In this document: positions 39,026-47,298 of the stretch, piece by piece
Layout: each line of letters opens with the position of its first letter
How positions within the stretch are numbered: the first letter of the stretch is position 1
Origin: an uncultured Bacteroidota bacterium
GTDB lineage: Bacteria; Bacteroidota; Bacteroidia; Bacteroidales; GCA-2748055
NCBI GenBank assembly: GCA_963713725.1
Contig: CAVQMZ010000017.1
Coordinates: 37,242-101,241, forward strand
Length of the DNA stretch: 64,000 nt
Direction of reading: 5' to 3'
The notes under the pieces: generated by a model
Databases searched by the model: none
The model's input: only the letters and a program-made list of their open reading frames with translations
Told to the model about the DNA's origin: nothing
Made by a program: the position numbers and the translations under genes

Positions 39026-40039
39026 TCAGGCTGGACTGATCATCAGCTCGGCCAGGTAAACATCGGGGTGCATTCTGCTCAGGAATACATCAGATTTTGA
39101 TCCGATCCATCCCCCCAGCACAACCAGCACAGGAATCAAGGCAATATAAGTGATGAAGCTTTTTAGATACTTCCTGGTCACTTCAGGCTTACGGTAAGCC
39201 TTATCAACCGGAACCTCAATGGCATCAAAGGGACATGAGTCCTTACAAAGTTTGCATTTAATGCATTCGGAAGGGGTAATGCTCAAATGCCACTTAGAAA
39301 ACTTCGACATCCAGCTCAGTAATACACCGTAGGGACAAAATACCCGGCAATAGGGCCGTGCATAAAACATCCCCAACAAAAGAAAGGTGACGCCCAGGAA
39401 GATCATCAGAAAAGGACCATCCATACGGAAGATCCCCACAAAAGGATCATACCTGCAAATAATAAAATCGCTTCCAGTGGCTGCCAGCAGAACGGCAAGC
39501 CCCAGGTATATTACCGGTATAAAGCCAAGGGTTTTCCTGATCCAGCTGGGGATGGATACCGGGTTGATGACCAGCAGGTCCTGTATGGCACCCAGGGGAC
39601 AGACCGAGGCACAGAAAACCCTGCCAAAAAAGAGGGCAAAGATCAGAGGCAGCAGGAAAAAGATCAGGGCTGCCAGGGATATGGTATAGGCAGGATCAAA
39701 TATGGAGAGGGCCACATTCTGTATGGCTCCCACCGAACAGATACAACCATCACGGTAGAAGCCGAAATAAATCAGGGTGAAAACAGAAAGCCAGAGCAAT
39801 CCCTTTCTTGAGCGTTTGCGCACGGCCAGCCAGGAGGCCAGTGAAAGTGCTGCCAGCAAAACAAAAACATCGAAATATTCAAGTGCCACAGTCCGTGGTT
39901 CAGGGGTTGTGGGATCGGGCTGGACATATCCACTGTCAAATTCGGGTTTTGGAAAACGCTGCTGTCCATGAATCAGGGTGCTTGCGCTAACCATGATGAG
40001 TAAGAGCAGGATGAAAAAACCCGGGGTCCGTTTTGGCAT
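39026..40039 (-). CDS. NapH/MauN-like polytopic membrane [4Fe-4S] protein
   Basis: ORF 39026-40135; the likely start is MPKRTPGFFILLLL at 40039, 1 nt after the NapG-like stop. It has multiple TM helices, two CxxxCP-type motifs (RVFCASVCPLGA, RVFCPYGV) and CIKCKLCKDSCP. Confidence 0.8.
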   Translation of the reverse strand: MPKRTPGFFILLLLIMVSASTLIHGQQRFPKPEFDSGYVQPDPTTPEPRTVALEYFDVFVLLAALSLASWLAVRKRSRKGLLWLSVFTLIYFGFYRDGCICSVGAIQNVALSIFDPAYTISLAALIFFLLPLIFALFFGRVFCASVCPLGAIQDLLVINPVSIPSWIRKTLGFIPVIYLGLAVLLAATGSDFIICRYDPFVGIFRMDGPFLMIFLGVTFLLLGMFYARPYCRVFCPYGVLLSWMSKFSKWHLSITPSECIKCKLCKDSCPFDAIEVPVDKAYRKPEVTRKYLKSFITYIALIPVLVVLGGWIGSKSDVFLSRMHPDVYLAELMISPA

Positions 40040-40040
40040 A

Positions 40041-40649
40041 CTAACCCTCCTTTTCATTGGTAAAGTTCCCTTTGATGATATAGGGTTTATTTGCTGGCAC
40101 CCTGCTGATGGCCTTGGAAGGACAAGCTGTTGCAATGGCGCACTGATTGCAATTCTTGCACCTGTCGTGCCTGATCTGCAAATGCAGGGACCCGTTCCCG
40201 AAGGCGGAACAGCCTTTCACGCACTTGGCACAACCAATGCAAAGTGGCTCATCGATAATGTATTCGAAATAGGGTTCCTCGATAAATTTTCTCTGTATGG
40301 CTGCAGTGGGGCAAAGCTGGTTCTCCGCACCGGTTTGCAATTTGGCTCCCGGCTTGAAGTAGCCTCCGCACAGATCGCAGTATCCACAAAGGTCATAGGC
40401 ATGCACACACTTTACGGCCGATTCGGCCATCACACACTCGGTGGCACAGCGACCGCACTGGGTGCATTTGAAGGGATCGATCTGCCAGACATACTCCTCT
40501 CCACCGGATCTCCTTGTCAGGGCCATGGCACCAGTGGCCACAACGCTAAGGCCGAGTGTCAGCCTTACCCCCTTATTGATAAATTCCCTCCGCTTATATG
40601 TCTTATCCTTTTCCATATCCCCTTTCATTTTTTGCATCGGGAAGATCAC
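40041..40649 (-). CDS. NapG/MauM-like periplasmic poly-[4Fe-4S] ferredoxin with twin-arginine signal
   Basis: 202 aa with RREFINKGVRLTLGLS (TAT signal) and four Cys clusters (CTQCGRCATEC, CGYCDLCG, CIGCAKCVKGC, CKNCNQCAIAC). The start is ambiguous: M at 40649, 40637, 40628 or 40616. Confidence 0.8.
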   Translation of the reverse strand: MIFPMQKMKGDMEKDKTYKRREFINKGVRLTLGLSVVATGAMALTRRSGGEEYVWQIDPFKCTQCGRCATECVMAESAVKCVHAYDLCGYCDLCGGYFKPGAKLQTGAENQLCPTAAIQRKFIEEPYFEYIIDEPLCIGCAKCVKGCSAFGNGSLHLQIRHDRCKNCNQCAIATACPSKAISRVPANKPYIIKGNFTNEKEG

Positions 40650-40806
40650 AAGCCTTTAGCTTTGAACAGTTCCTGCATTGAAGATTTAATCCACAATCCT
40701 TTTCCAGCGAGATCTGCCTCCTGGAGAGCAGCACACCTGCCAATATGGCCATGGAAGCTAAAATACCTCCCCTTACCAGGGCGGATATAAATGTTTTTCT
40801 ATTCAT
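40603..40806 (-). CDS. small membrane-anchored Cys4 protein (67 aa), unknown family
   Basis: MNRKTFISALVRGGILASMAILAGVLL (one TM helix) followed by C-x5-C-x2-C-x5-C (CGLNLQCRNCSKLKAC). It overlaps the upstream stop by 8 nt and the downstream NapG-like gene. Confidence 0.45.
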   Translation of the reverse strand: MNRKTFISALVRGGILASMAILAGVLLSRRQISLEKDCGLNLQCRNCSKLKACDLPDAKNERGYGKG

Positions 40807-41769
40807 CTTTTTTAGGTTCAAAAATCCTGATGGTATTCTGGTCAAAATCCAGGGCATAAATCACCCCCTGCTCATCACAGCAAATATCCGGGGCCTCGCC
40901 CTCCTCCACGAACAGATCGGGTGGGGCCACCACACTCACAAGTTTCCCCTCCTGGTCATGTATCTTGATTCTCACCATGCCCTTCTCGCTGGTCACAAAA
41001 GAACCATCGGCCATTACGGTTATCCTTGCCGGGTTACAGCAACCCAGAAAGCCATCGATATCAAAAGAAGCATTTTCCCAGAAGCCCCTCATGCGACCAT
41101 CGTCGCTGTAGTTTTCCAGGGCATGCTTGCCCGGGTTTACAACCCATAATTCTCCAAAATCATTCACCAGCCAGGTCAAAATTGGCACTGGGCACTATAA
41201 AGCCATGACCGGCCTCACTTTCAGACTTTCCCTCAAAGGCGCCCAGTAACTCGCCTTCATGATTGTAGATGTGAACCTTTCTGTTTCCGGCATCAGCCAC
41301 ATATACCTTCTCACCATTTCCTGCCAGGTTGGTGATCACAGCCCTGCTCCCCCAGGCTCTCCCATTTTTTAATCAGCTTCATTTCCCCATCGTAATGAGC
41401 CACAAAGTTTTTATAGGCCACAAATATCCCCTCATCTTCCACCAGAAGGGCTACTGATCCTGGAAGGATGTCATATTTCTGAGGACCGGACCCGTCAGTA
41501 TCCATGATCACCAGGTTAGAAGAACCTGTCACAAAAAGTTTTCCCCGGGCATATACAAGGGCCGATCCCTTCAGTGAACCCAGTGAGAGATTGCGGGTTT
41601 CTTTGTGAGAGATCAGTTTGGAGTCCACATCCTTAAAATGCTCTACCTCCAGGGCATAGGGATTGCTTCCCCTGCGATCGGGACGATTATTCAGAAAATC
41701 AACTACGATAACCGTAATAATCACCAGCACGATAAGCAGTACAACTATGGTAAGTCCTCTTTTTTTCAT
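40799..41769 (-). pseudogene. NHL/six-bladed beta-propeller-like protein with N-terminal TM anchor, at least 2 frame changes
   Basis: Fragments 41311-41769 (MKKRGLTIVVLLIVLVIITVIV...) and 40799-41188 (...GCCNPARITVMADGSFV...). The middle part is readable in another frame (...GEKVYVADAGNRKVHIYNHEGELLGAFEG...). Confidence 0.6.
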
Positions 41770-41789
41770 TTGGTCTTTTTAAGTTGTTT

Positions 41790-43232
41790 TCATTTTCTAT
41801 TGGCTGCCATGTCCAGGCAAATCATTGTTTTTGCATCCCTCAGCACCATGTAACCATCAGCCACCGCCAGGGGGCCCCAGGCATCGTGACCGTCAATCAC
41901 CTGATAGCGATCCAGCTCCACATACTCTCTGGTGCTGGGTTTTGCAATGATCAGGGTACCATCATCATCCAGGATGAAGAGCTTTTGATCGGCGATCATA
42001 TAGGGTCCAAGGCCAAATCTTATTTCCGGTCCGCTTGACCAGACTACCTCGTTAAAGTTATCAGGATGCACACAAATCAGCTGGTTTCGTAAGGGTCCGG
42101 CGTCCTTGGGGAGTATTCCCAGCAGGTGTCCTTCAAAAACCACCGGAGTCTGCTGCTCACTTGCCAGTCCCTCTTTGGGAAGATATTCCGAAATGACCTC
42201 CACGTTAAACTGTGTTCCTGTCCCGCTGAGCTGGAGAACCATGGCCCCCGCTCCATATCCAGCAGTCAGAAATATTTTCCCATCGGGCAAACAAACCGGT
42301 GAGGGTGCCACAGTCTGGTGGTTCCAGGCCTGACTTTCCCACAGAAGCTTTCCGGCCAAATCACCTTCTGCACCTATCCCGCAGACTCCTCCGAAGGCAC
42401 TGTATACATACATTTTTACCCCATTAAATTCGTAGGGCATGATGGATGAGTGGGACATCAGCCACTTATGCGGATTGGGAGTTTCCCACAGGATCTCCCC
42501 GCTTTCGAGATCGGCTGCCACCATCAGTGAGCTTCCGCCAGTGGCAATAATTGCCCTGTCACCATCGATAAGCGGACACTGACCGGTATTCCAGAGTGGA
42601 ATATCGGCCTCATAATCTAGGGCCACATTAAGTCCCCACAGTAGTTCACCGTCGGCTCTTCTCACACACATTACGTGGGCTTTGGGACCAATGGTCAGGA
42701 TGTAATCCTCGGTCACAGCCGGCACAGTCCTTGACATCCCATGGTTGCGCTTCAGGTTGATCTGATATCCCCGGCGCCATAATTCTTCTCCACTTTCCAG
42801 ACGGAAGCAGCGCAGAAGGTCGGCACGCATTTCCTCATCATGATCCAGCACATAAACAAGGCCTTTATAAATGGCCGCAGCAGCATATCCTTCTCCAAGT
42901 TCTACCTGCCATAGCTGCTCGGGTCCACCTTCAGGAAAGCGATCGATCAGTTTAATGGGCGATTTGCTGATATTATCAAAATTCTCTCCCCGGAACCTGG
43001 GCCAGGTTTCGTTCAGTGCACTTTCAGTTTCACCCTCTCCGGCATCGGAAAGAACTTCATAAAAAGCCCCGATCTCAATGTCGGGGACCACAGCCTTGGC
43101 ACCCCTGTTATCCAATCCGGGCTGGGTGGTCACCAGCTCATTCACCGGATCAAACCCCAACCACCATGACAGGGATATTAGCCCGGCAAGAACCAGAAGA
43201 GCAGTGCTAATATTGATTGTGTTTAATTTCAA
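41790..43232 (-). CDS. PQQ-like beta-propeller repeat protein with N-terminal TM anchor
   Basis: 480 aa with TM helix ALLVLAGLISLSWWL and the WPRFRGENFDN...GPEQLW entry motif shared with the neighbouring paralogues. Confidence 0.75.
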   Translation of the reverse strand: MKLNTINISTALLVLAGLISLSWWLGFDPVNELVTTQPGLDNRGAKAVVPDIEIGAFYEVLSDAGEGETESALNETWPRFRGENFDNISKSPIKLIDRFPEGGPEQLWQVELGEGYAAAAIYKGLVYVLDHDEEMRADLLRCFRLESGEELWRRGYQINLKRNHGMSRTVPAVTEDYILTIGPKAHVMCVRRADGELLWGLNVALDYEADIPLWNTGQCPLIDGDRAIIATGGSSLMVAADLESGEILWETPNPHKWLMSHSSIMPYEFNGVKMYVYSAFGGVCGIGAEGDLAGKLLWESQAWNHQTVAPSPVCLPDGKIFLTAGYGAGAMVLQLSGTGTQFNVEVISEYLPKEGLASEQQTPVVFEGHLLGILPKDAGPLRNQLICVHPDNFNEVVWSSGPEIRFGLGPYMIADQKLFILDDDGTLIIAKPSTREYVELDRYQVIDGHDAWGPLAVADGYMVLRDAKTMICLDMAANRK

Positions 43233-43234
43233 AT

Positions 43235-44507
43235 CTATTCAGCTATGTTATAGACAAAAAGAACCTCTCCATGTCTTATAAAAAGTTTTTTGTCGAAAAT
43301 CGACATATGGGCCCAGTAGGGTCCGTCGCCACCCTCAAGCTGGAAGGAACTAACCACTTCAAAAGCTTCCGGATTTGGTAAGAGCAGTCCCACGTGACCC
43401 CGCTTTTCTTCAAAGATATACAGCATGCCATCGGCATAGATAATGGATCCCTTGTTATGCCAGGATTCCTCGTACATGACCTTGCCTGTTTCCCACTCCT
43501 GGCATACCCAGTTACCATTCCCGTTATTGATCCAGTTTGCTCCGTAGATATAACCATCAACAAGTACCACGCCTCCATGGTGGGTATCCAGGGTTCCATC
43601 GCTCCATTTCAGTTCTACTTTTTTTCCGCCTTCTGAAAGCTTCAGCATCTGGGCATTTACATCGTAACCACTGGTCGTAAAAATTTCCCCGTCCTTGTAT
43701 AGGGGCGTATTGGTATTGTTCCTCCTGCCCCTTTCACCGGACTGGTCAGATATAATATCAAAACTCCAGATGATGTTCCCATTTTCAGGATCAACCGCAA
43801 TCATATCCTTATCTGATGTAATCAGAATCATTTTCTGACCTTCAAACTCTATCATCAGCGGAGAGACATAGGACCTGACTCCACCCACAGATTCGGTTTT
43901 CCAAATCAGGGAACCGTCTTTCTTATCCAGTGCAACGGCCACTGTCTGATTACCAATGGGAGATGAGATCACTGCGCGGTCCGTAAGAAGCAGGGATTCG
44001 GTCATTCCCCAGCGATGAAATTCACCTCCAAATTCCTCATGGGTATTCACACTCCATAAAAGCTCCCCACTTTCTGTATCCAGACAGGCTACAGAACCAA
44101 GACCTCCCATAATGTAGATGCGTCCGTCCTCTATGGTGGGGGTGCTCCTGGTTTCTGCAAAGGACTGATTCCATGCCCTCCCAAAGACTGTTTCCCAGGC
44201 AATGTTCCCTTCCATATCCAGACGGGTGAGCACATCCAGGGTATCGCGACGACCACTGATATATATGGCGCCTTCATAATAATATGGGTGTGGAATAGCC
44301 ATTGCCCAGGCCTTCCTTCTTAAGGATCAGTTCGGGCCCCTCTTCAGGCCAGGACTTAAGCAAACCCGTATCGGAATATTTCCCATCCCGCATCTCTCCC
44401 CTCCACTGGCTATTCTGCGCAAATAAATCTCCCTGCACATATATGATGGTGCATCAATAATAAAGCACCCACATATTAAACATCCTCCGTCTAAATTCCA
44501 TTTTCAT
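43235..44507 (-). pseudogene. PQQ-like beta-propeller repeat protein; in-frame TGA at codon 18 and one frameshift near 44300
   Basis: ATG 44505-44507 overlaps the stop of the upstream paralogue (ATGA). The reading is MKMEFRRRMFNMWVLYY-TGA-CTIIYVQGDLFAQNSQWRGEMRDGKYSDTGLLKSWPEEGPELI...GYSTPI, then shifts into ORF 43235-44302. Confidence 0.65.
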
Positions 44508-45763
44508 TTATTACCTATTCTACTAATCTTATATGCAATAAGAACCTTTCCATGCCTCACCAGCAACATTCCATTATAAATGGCACGGTCTCGCCCAATG
44601 AGGACCGCTCCCTTCACTAACCCTGAAGATCGAGATCACTTCAAAGCCTTCAGGATCGGCTTTTACCAGGGCCATGTTCCCCCTTTTTTCCTCATAACAA
44701 TAAAGCATGCCATCGGCAGAAATGATCGGGTCCCTTGTTGAACCAGTCGTTGGATCCAGACAATTTCACCGGTATCCCAGTTCATGCAGACCCATTTACC
44801 GGAATATCTTCCGGTAAAGTTTGATCCGTAGAGATAGCCATCCAGCAAAACAACACCATGGTTCTGGTTATCAAAGGTCTGATCCACAAATTTTTCCTCA
44901 CTGACTTCCCGTCGGGGGCAATTTCAAGCATTACCGATTCCTTATCCCATCCACTGGTAATCCACAGGCAACAGTCACTGTAGGTGGGTGTATTGGCAAG
45001 GATGGTTGAATTCTGCAGCCTGCTCATCCAGCACATTGTAATGATAGGTCCACATGATCTCACCATTTTCAGGATCCACTGAAATCACGTGGGTTCTGGT
45101 CGCTGTAATAATGTACTCACTACCGCAATGCTCGATGAGTATGGGAGAAAGATTGGACCGCTGTGCCTCCAAAGACACGGACTTCCAGACCAGCTCGCCA
45201 CTCATCTTATCCAGGGCAATCACCGTGGTATTTTCACCTGCCGGGTGTGACAATAACTTTATCCTCCACCAGCAGGATGGATTCGGACACCCCGAACATA
45301 TCCCAGTGGCTCTTATATACTTCGTGGACATTCACCTCCCACAATTTTTCACCGGTGATGGCATGGAAACAAACCAGCATATCCATACCCGTGAGCACAT
45401 ATATGCGATCCCCATCAACGGTGGGTGTACATCTGCGATTCCGGGAAGGATTGTTTCCATCCCGGACCGAACGGATTTTGCCAGAGAAGATTTCCCTCCA
45501 TATCCAGGGCTGTCAGGTATTCAAGGCTGTCCTTAATCCCTGTGGTATAGATCACATTTCGGGTGGCAACCGCTGAAGAATAACTTTTCCCCAGATCCTC
45601 GGCTACAAAAAGTATCTCGGGGCCATCCTCTGGCCAGGCTTCAATAAATTTGTCGCCGGAAAAATCCCGTTGCGCTGTCGGGCCTCTCCACTGAGCATCC
45701 TGCCCCGAAACCAAAACCGACAGACAAACCAACAACAACGCATGCAACACCAATTCTCAACAT
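44504..45763 (-). pseudogene. PQQ-like beta-propeller repeat protein, at least 6 frame changes
   Basis: Fragments 45415-45753, 44975-45331, 44782-45066 and 44663-44887, plus unlisted pieces, read consecutively. The tail ...ALVKADPEGFEVISIFRVSEGSGPHWARP/AIYNGMLLVRHGKVLIAYK parallels the C-terminus of 45791-46999. Confidence 0.65.
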
Positions 45764-45790
45764 TTTTCTTTCGACTTTACGCTTTAAGAC
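45764..45790 (-). repeat. TAAAGTC-type repeat spacer
   Basis: In gene sense: TAA-GTCTTAAAGCGTAAAGTCGAAAGAAAA-ATG. Confidence 0.7.
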
Positions 45791-46999
45791 TTATTTGACT
45801 TTATAGGCTATAACCGCACTCCCATGCCTTAAATAAAGAACACCGTCATCAATAATGGGATGCGCCCAGTGCTGTTCTGAGCCTTTTGACACTTTGGTCT
45901 TGCTGACTACCTTAAACTCTGAAGGATCGGCTTTTACCAGAGCCAGTTCGCCACGATCGGTATAACAATAGAGCATGCCATCGGCATAGATCACCACTCC
46001 TTTTCCCAACTCGGTGGAAGCATACATCTCCTTCCCTGTATCCCACTCAACGCAACGCCACTCACGGGCATAATCGCCTGACATGTATATATAGCCGTCT
46101 ACAACAACGGCTCCACTCATACGACTGTCCAGCTTTTTACTGAACCATGACTGGGTAATAGAGGACCCGTCCATACTTAGAATCAGTGATCCGCCACCCT
46201 GGCCATAACCGCTGAAATAGAAAAGGACCCCATTCTGGTATATGGGCGTATTGGCATGAACGCTGTAATCGTTAGGCTGTTTGTGGGACCACAACAAATC
46301 GCCGTTAAGTGCATCCAGTCCGATCAGGTAGGATGCTGTATGCGTGATCAGAATTTTTCGTCCATTGTGATCGATCAAAAGCGGACTGCAATATGCGGAA
46401 AGCTCTCCTTTGCCCTTGCTGCTCCAGATCAAATCACCCGAGTGCCTGTTAAGGGCAACTACATTATTATTTCTCCCTCCCGGGGTGGCATAAATAATAT
46501 CTCCATCCACAACAGGTGTTTCATTTACCCCCCAGGTAATATTTTTCCCATCGAAGTCCTTAAACAAGGCTTTCGTCCATAAAATGGAAGCGTCTCCAGC
46601 AGCCATACAATATAACACGCCATTACCCGAGACAAGGTAAATCTTATCTCCGGCAAGCACAGGGGAACCCCTGCTACCAGTATAGCTGGAATTAAATTCG
46701 GGTCCATAGGCTTTCGTCCAGATTAGCTCCCCATCCAGCTTGAATTTAAAAAGCATACCAGTCTCCTCAACCATGCCGCTGACATAAAGAAAGCCCTGGC
46801 TTACCACAGGAGAGGAATGCCCCGTACCCAGTTTTTCGTAGGACCAGAGCTCCTCGGGTCCGGAAACAGGCCATTTCTTCAACAATCCCGTTTCACTATA
46901 AATCCCATTTCCGGATTCGCCTCGCCATCGGGTTGCAGGCTGAGAAAAACCCTCTGTAGCCAGAGCGGAGAGAAATAAGAAAATCAGCAATCGTTCCAT
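45791..46999 (-). CDS. PQQ-like (BamB-like) beta-propeller repeat protein, secreted
   Basis: ORF 45791-47059; the likely start is MERLLIFLFLSALATEGFSQ (signal peptide) at 46999. It has WRGESGNGIYSETGLLKKWPVSGPEELW and repeated G.L.W blades. It is the first gene of the minus-strand array. Confidence 0.8.
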   Translation of the reverse strand: MERLLIFLFLSALATEGFSQPATRWRGESGNGIYSETGLLKKWPVSGPEELWSYEKLGTGHSSPVVSQGFLYVSGMVEETGMLFKFKLDGELIWTKAYGPEFNSSYTGSRGSPVLAGDKIYLVSGNGVLYCMAAGDASILWTKALFKDFDGKNITWGVNETPVVDGDIIYATPGGRNNNVVALNRHSGDLIWSSKGKGELSAYCSPLLIDHNGRKILITHTASYLIGLDALNGDLLWSHKQPNDYSVHANTPIYQNGVLFYFSGYGQGGGSLILSMDGSSITQSWFSKKLDSRMSGAVVVDGYIYMSGDYAREWRCVEWDTGKEMYASTELGKGVVIYADGMLYCYTDRGELALVKADPSEFKVVSKTKVSKGSEQHWAHPIIDDGVLYLRHGSAVIAYKVK

Positions 47000-47230
47000 T
47001 CCCAATATTTTTATTAATGACATCTGATAAAGCCCAAAAATAACCATAATCGCCCTCATTTAGCTGTACTCAGGGGGCCGTATCACTTATTCAGAATGAA
47101 TCTAATCATGTCTGAAATTCACACTTAACACATTCTTTTTCTGGAATTTAAATACAAGTCCTCATCACCCTGCATGAAGCCTGTTTCTGAAAAAATCACG
47201 AATAATTTGTATAATAAGCTTAATTCATTA

Positions 47231-47238
47231 TATATTTG
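47231..47238 (+). promoter_or_regulatory. candidate -7 promoter box TATATTTG for 47299-47964
   Basis: Exact TAnnTTTG match about 60 nt upstream of the ATG, in the AT-rich 240-nt divergent region. Confidence 0.35.
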
Positions 47239-47298
47239 AAGTCTAAACTTTTTCCCTAATAACCCAACTATTCCCAATAGAAATTTATTAATTATCAA

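Noticed and set aside
39978-40790. A 270-aa plus-strand ORF spanning the NapG-like/NapH-like junction
   Set aside because: It is antisense to two genes with clear Fe-S cluster motifs and a TAT signal, and its translation has no domain features. The same reasoning applies to other long antisense ORFs such as 1091-1786, 15009-15626, 16048-16836 and 21180-21827.
44454-44456. The in-frame TGA as selenocysteine or recoded Trp
   Set aside because: It lies in a signal-peptide region where Sec makes no sense. I saw no SECIS-like hairpin immediately downstream. All other genes in the window use TGA as a normal stop.
25397-45763. Programmed ribosomal frameshifting as the explanation for the split genes
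   Set aside because: The junctions share no slippery heptamer or downstream structure. Both +1 and -1 shifts occur, there are up to eight or more per gene, and several sit at short mononucleotide runs. This is consistent with indel mutation or error, not recoding.
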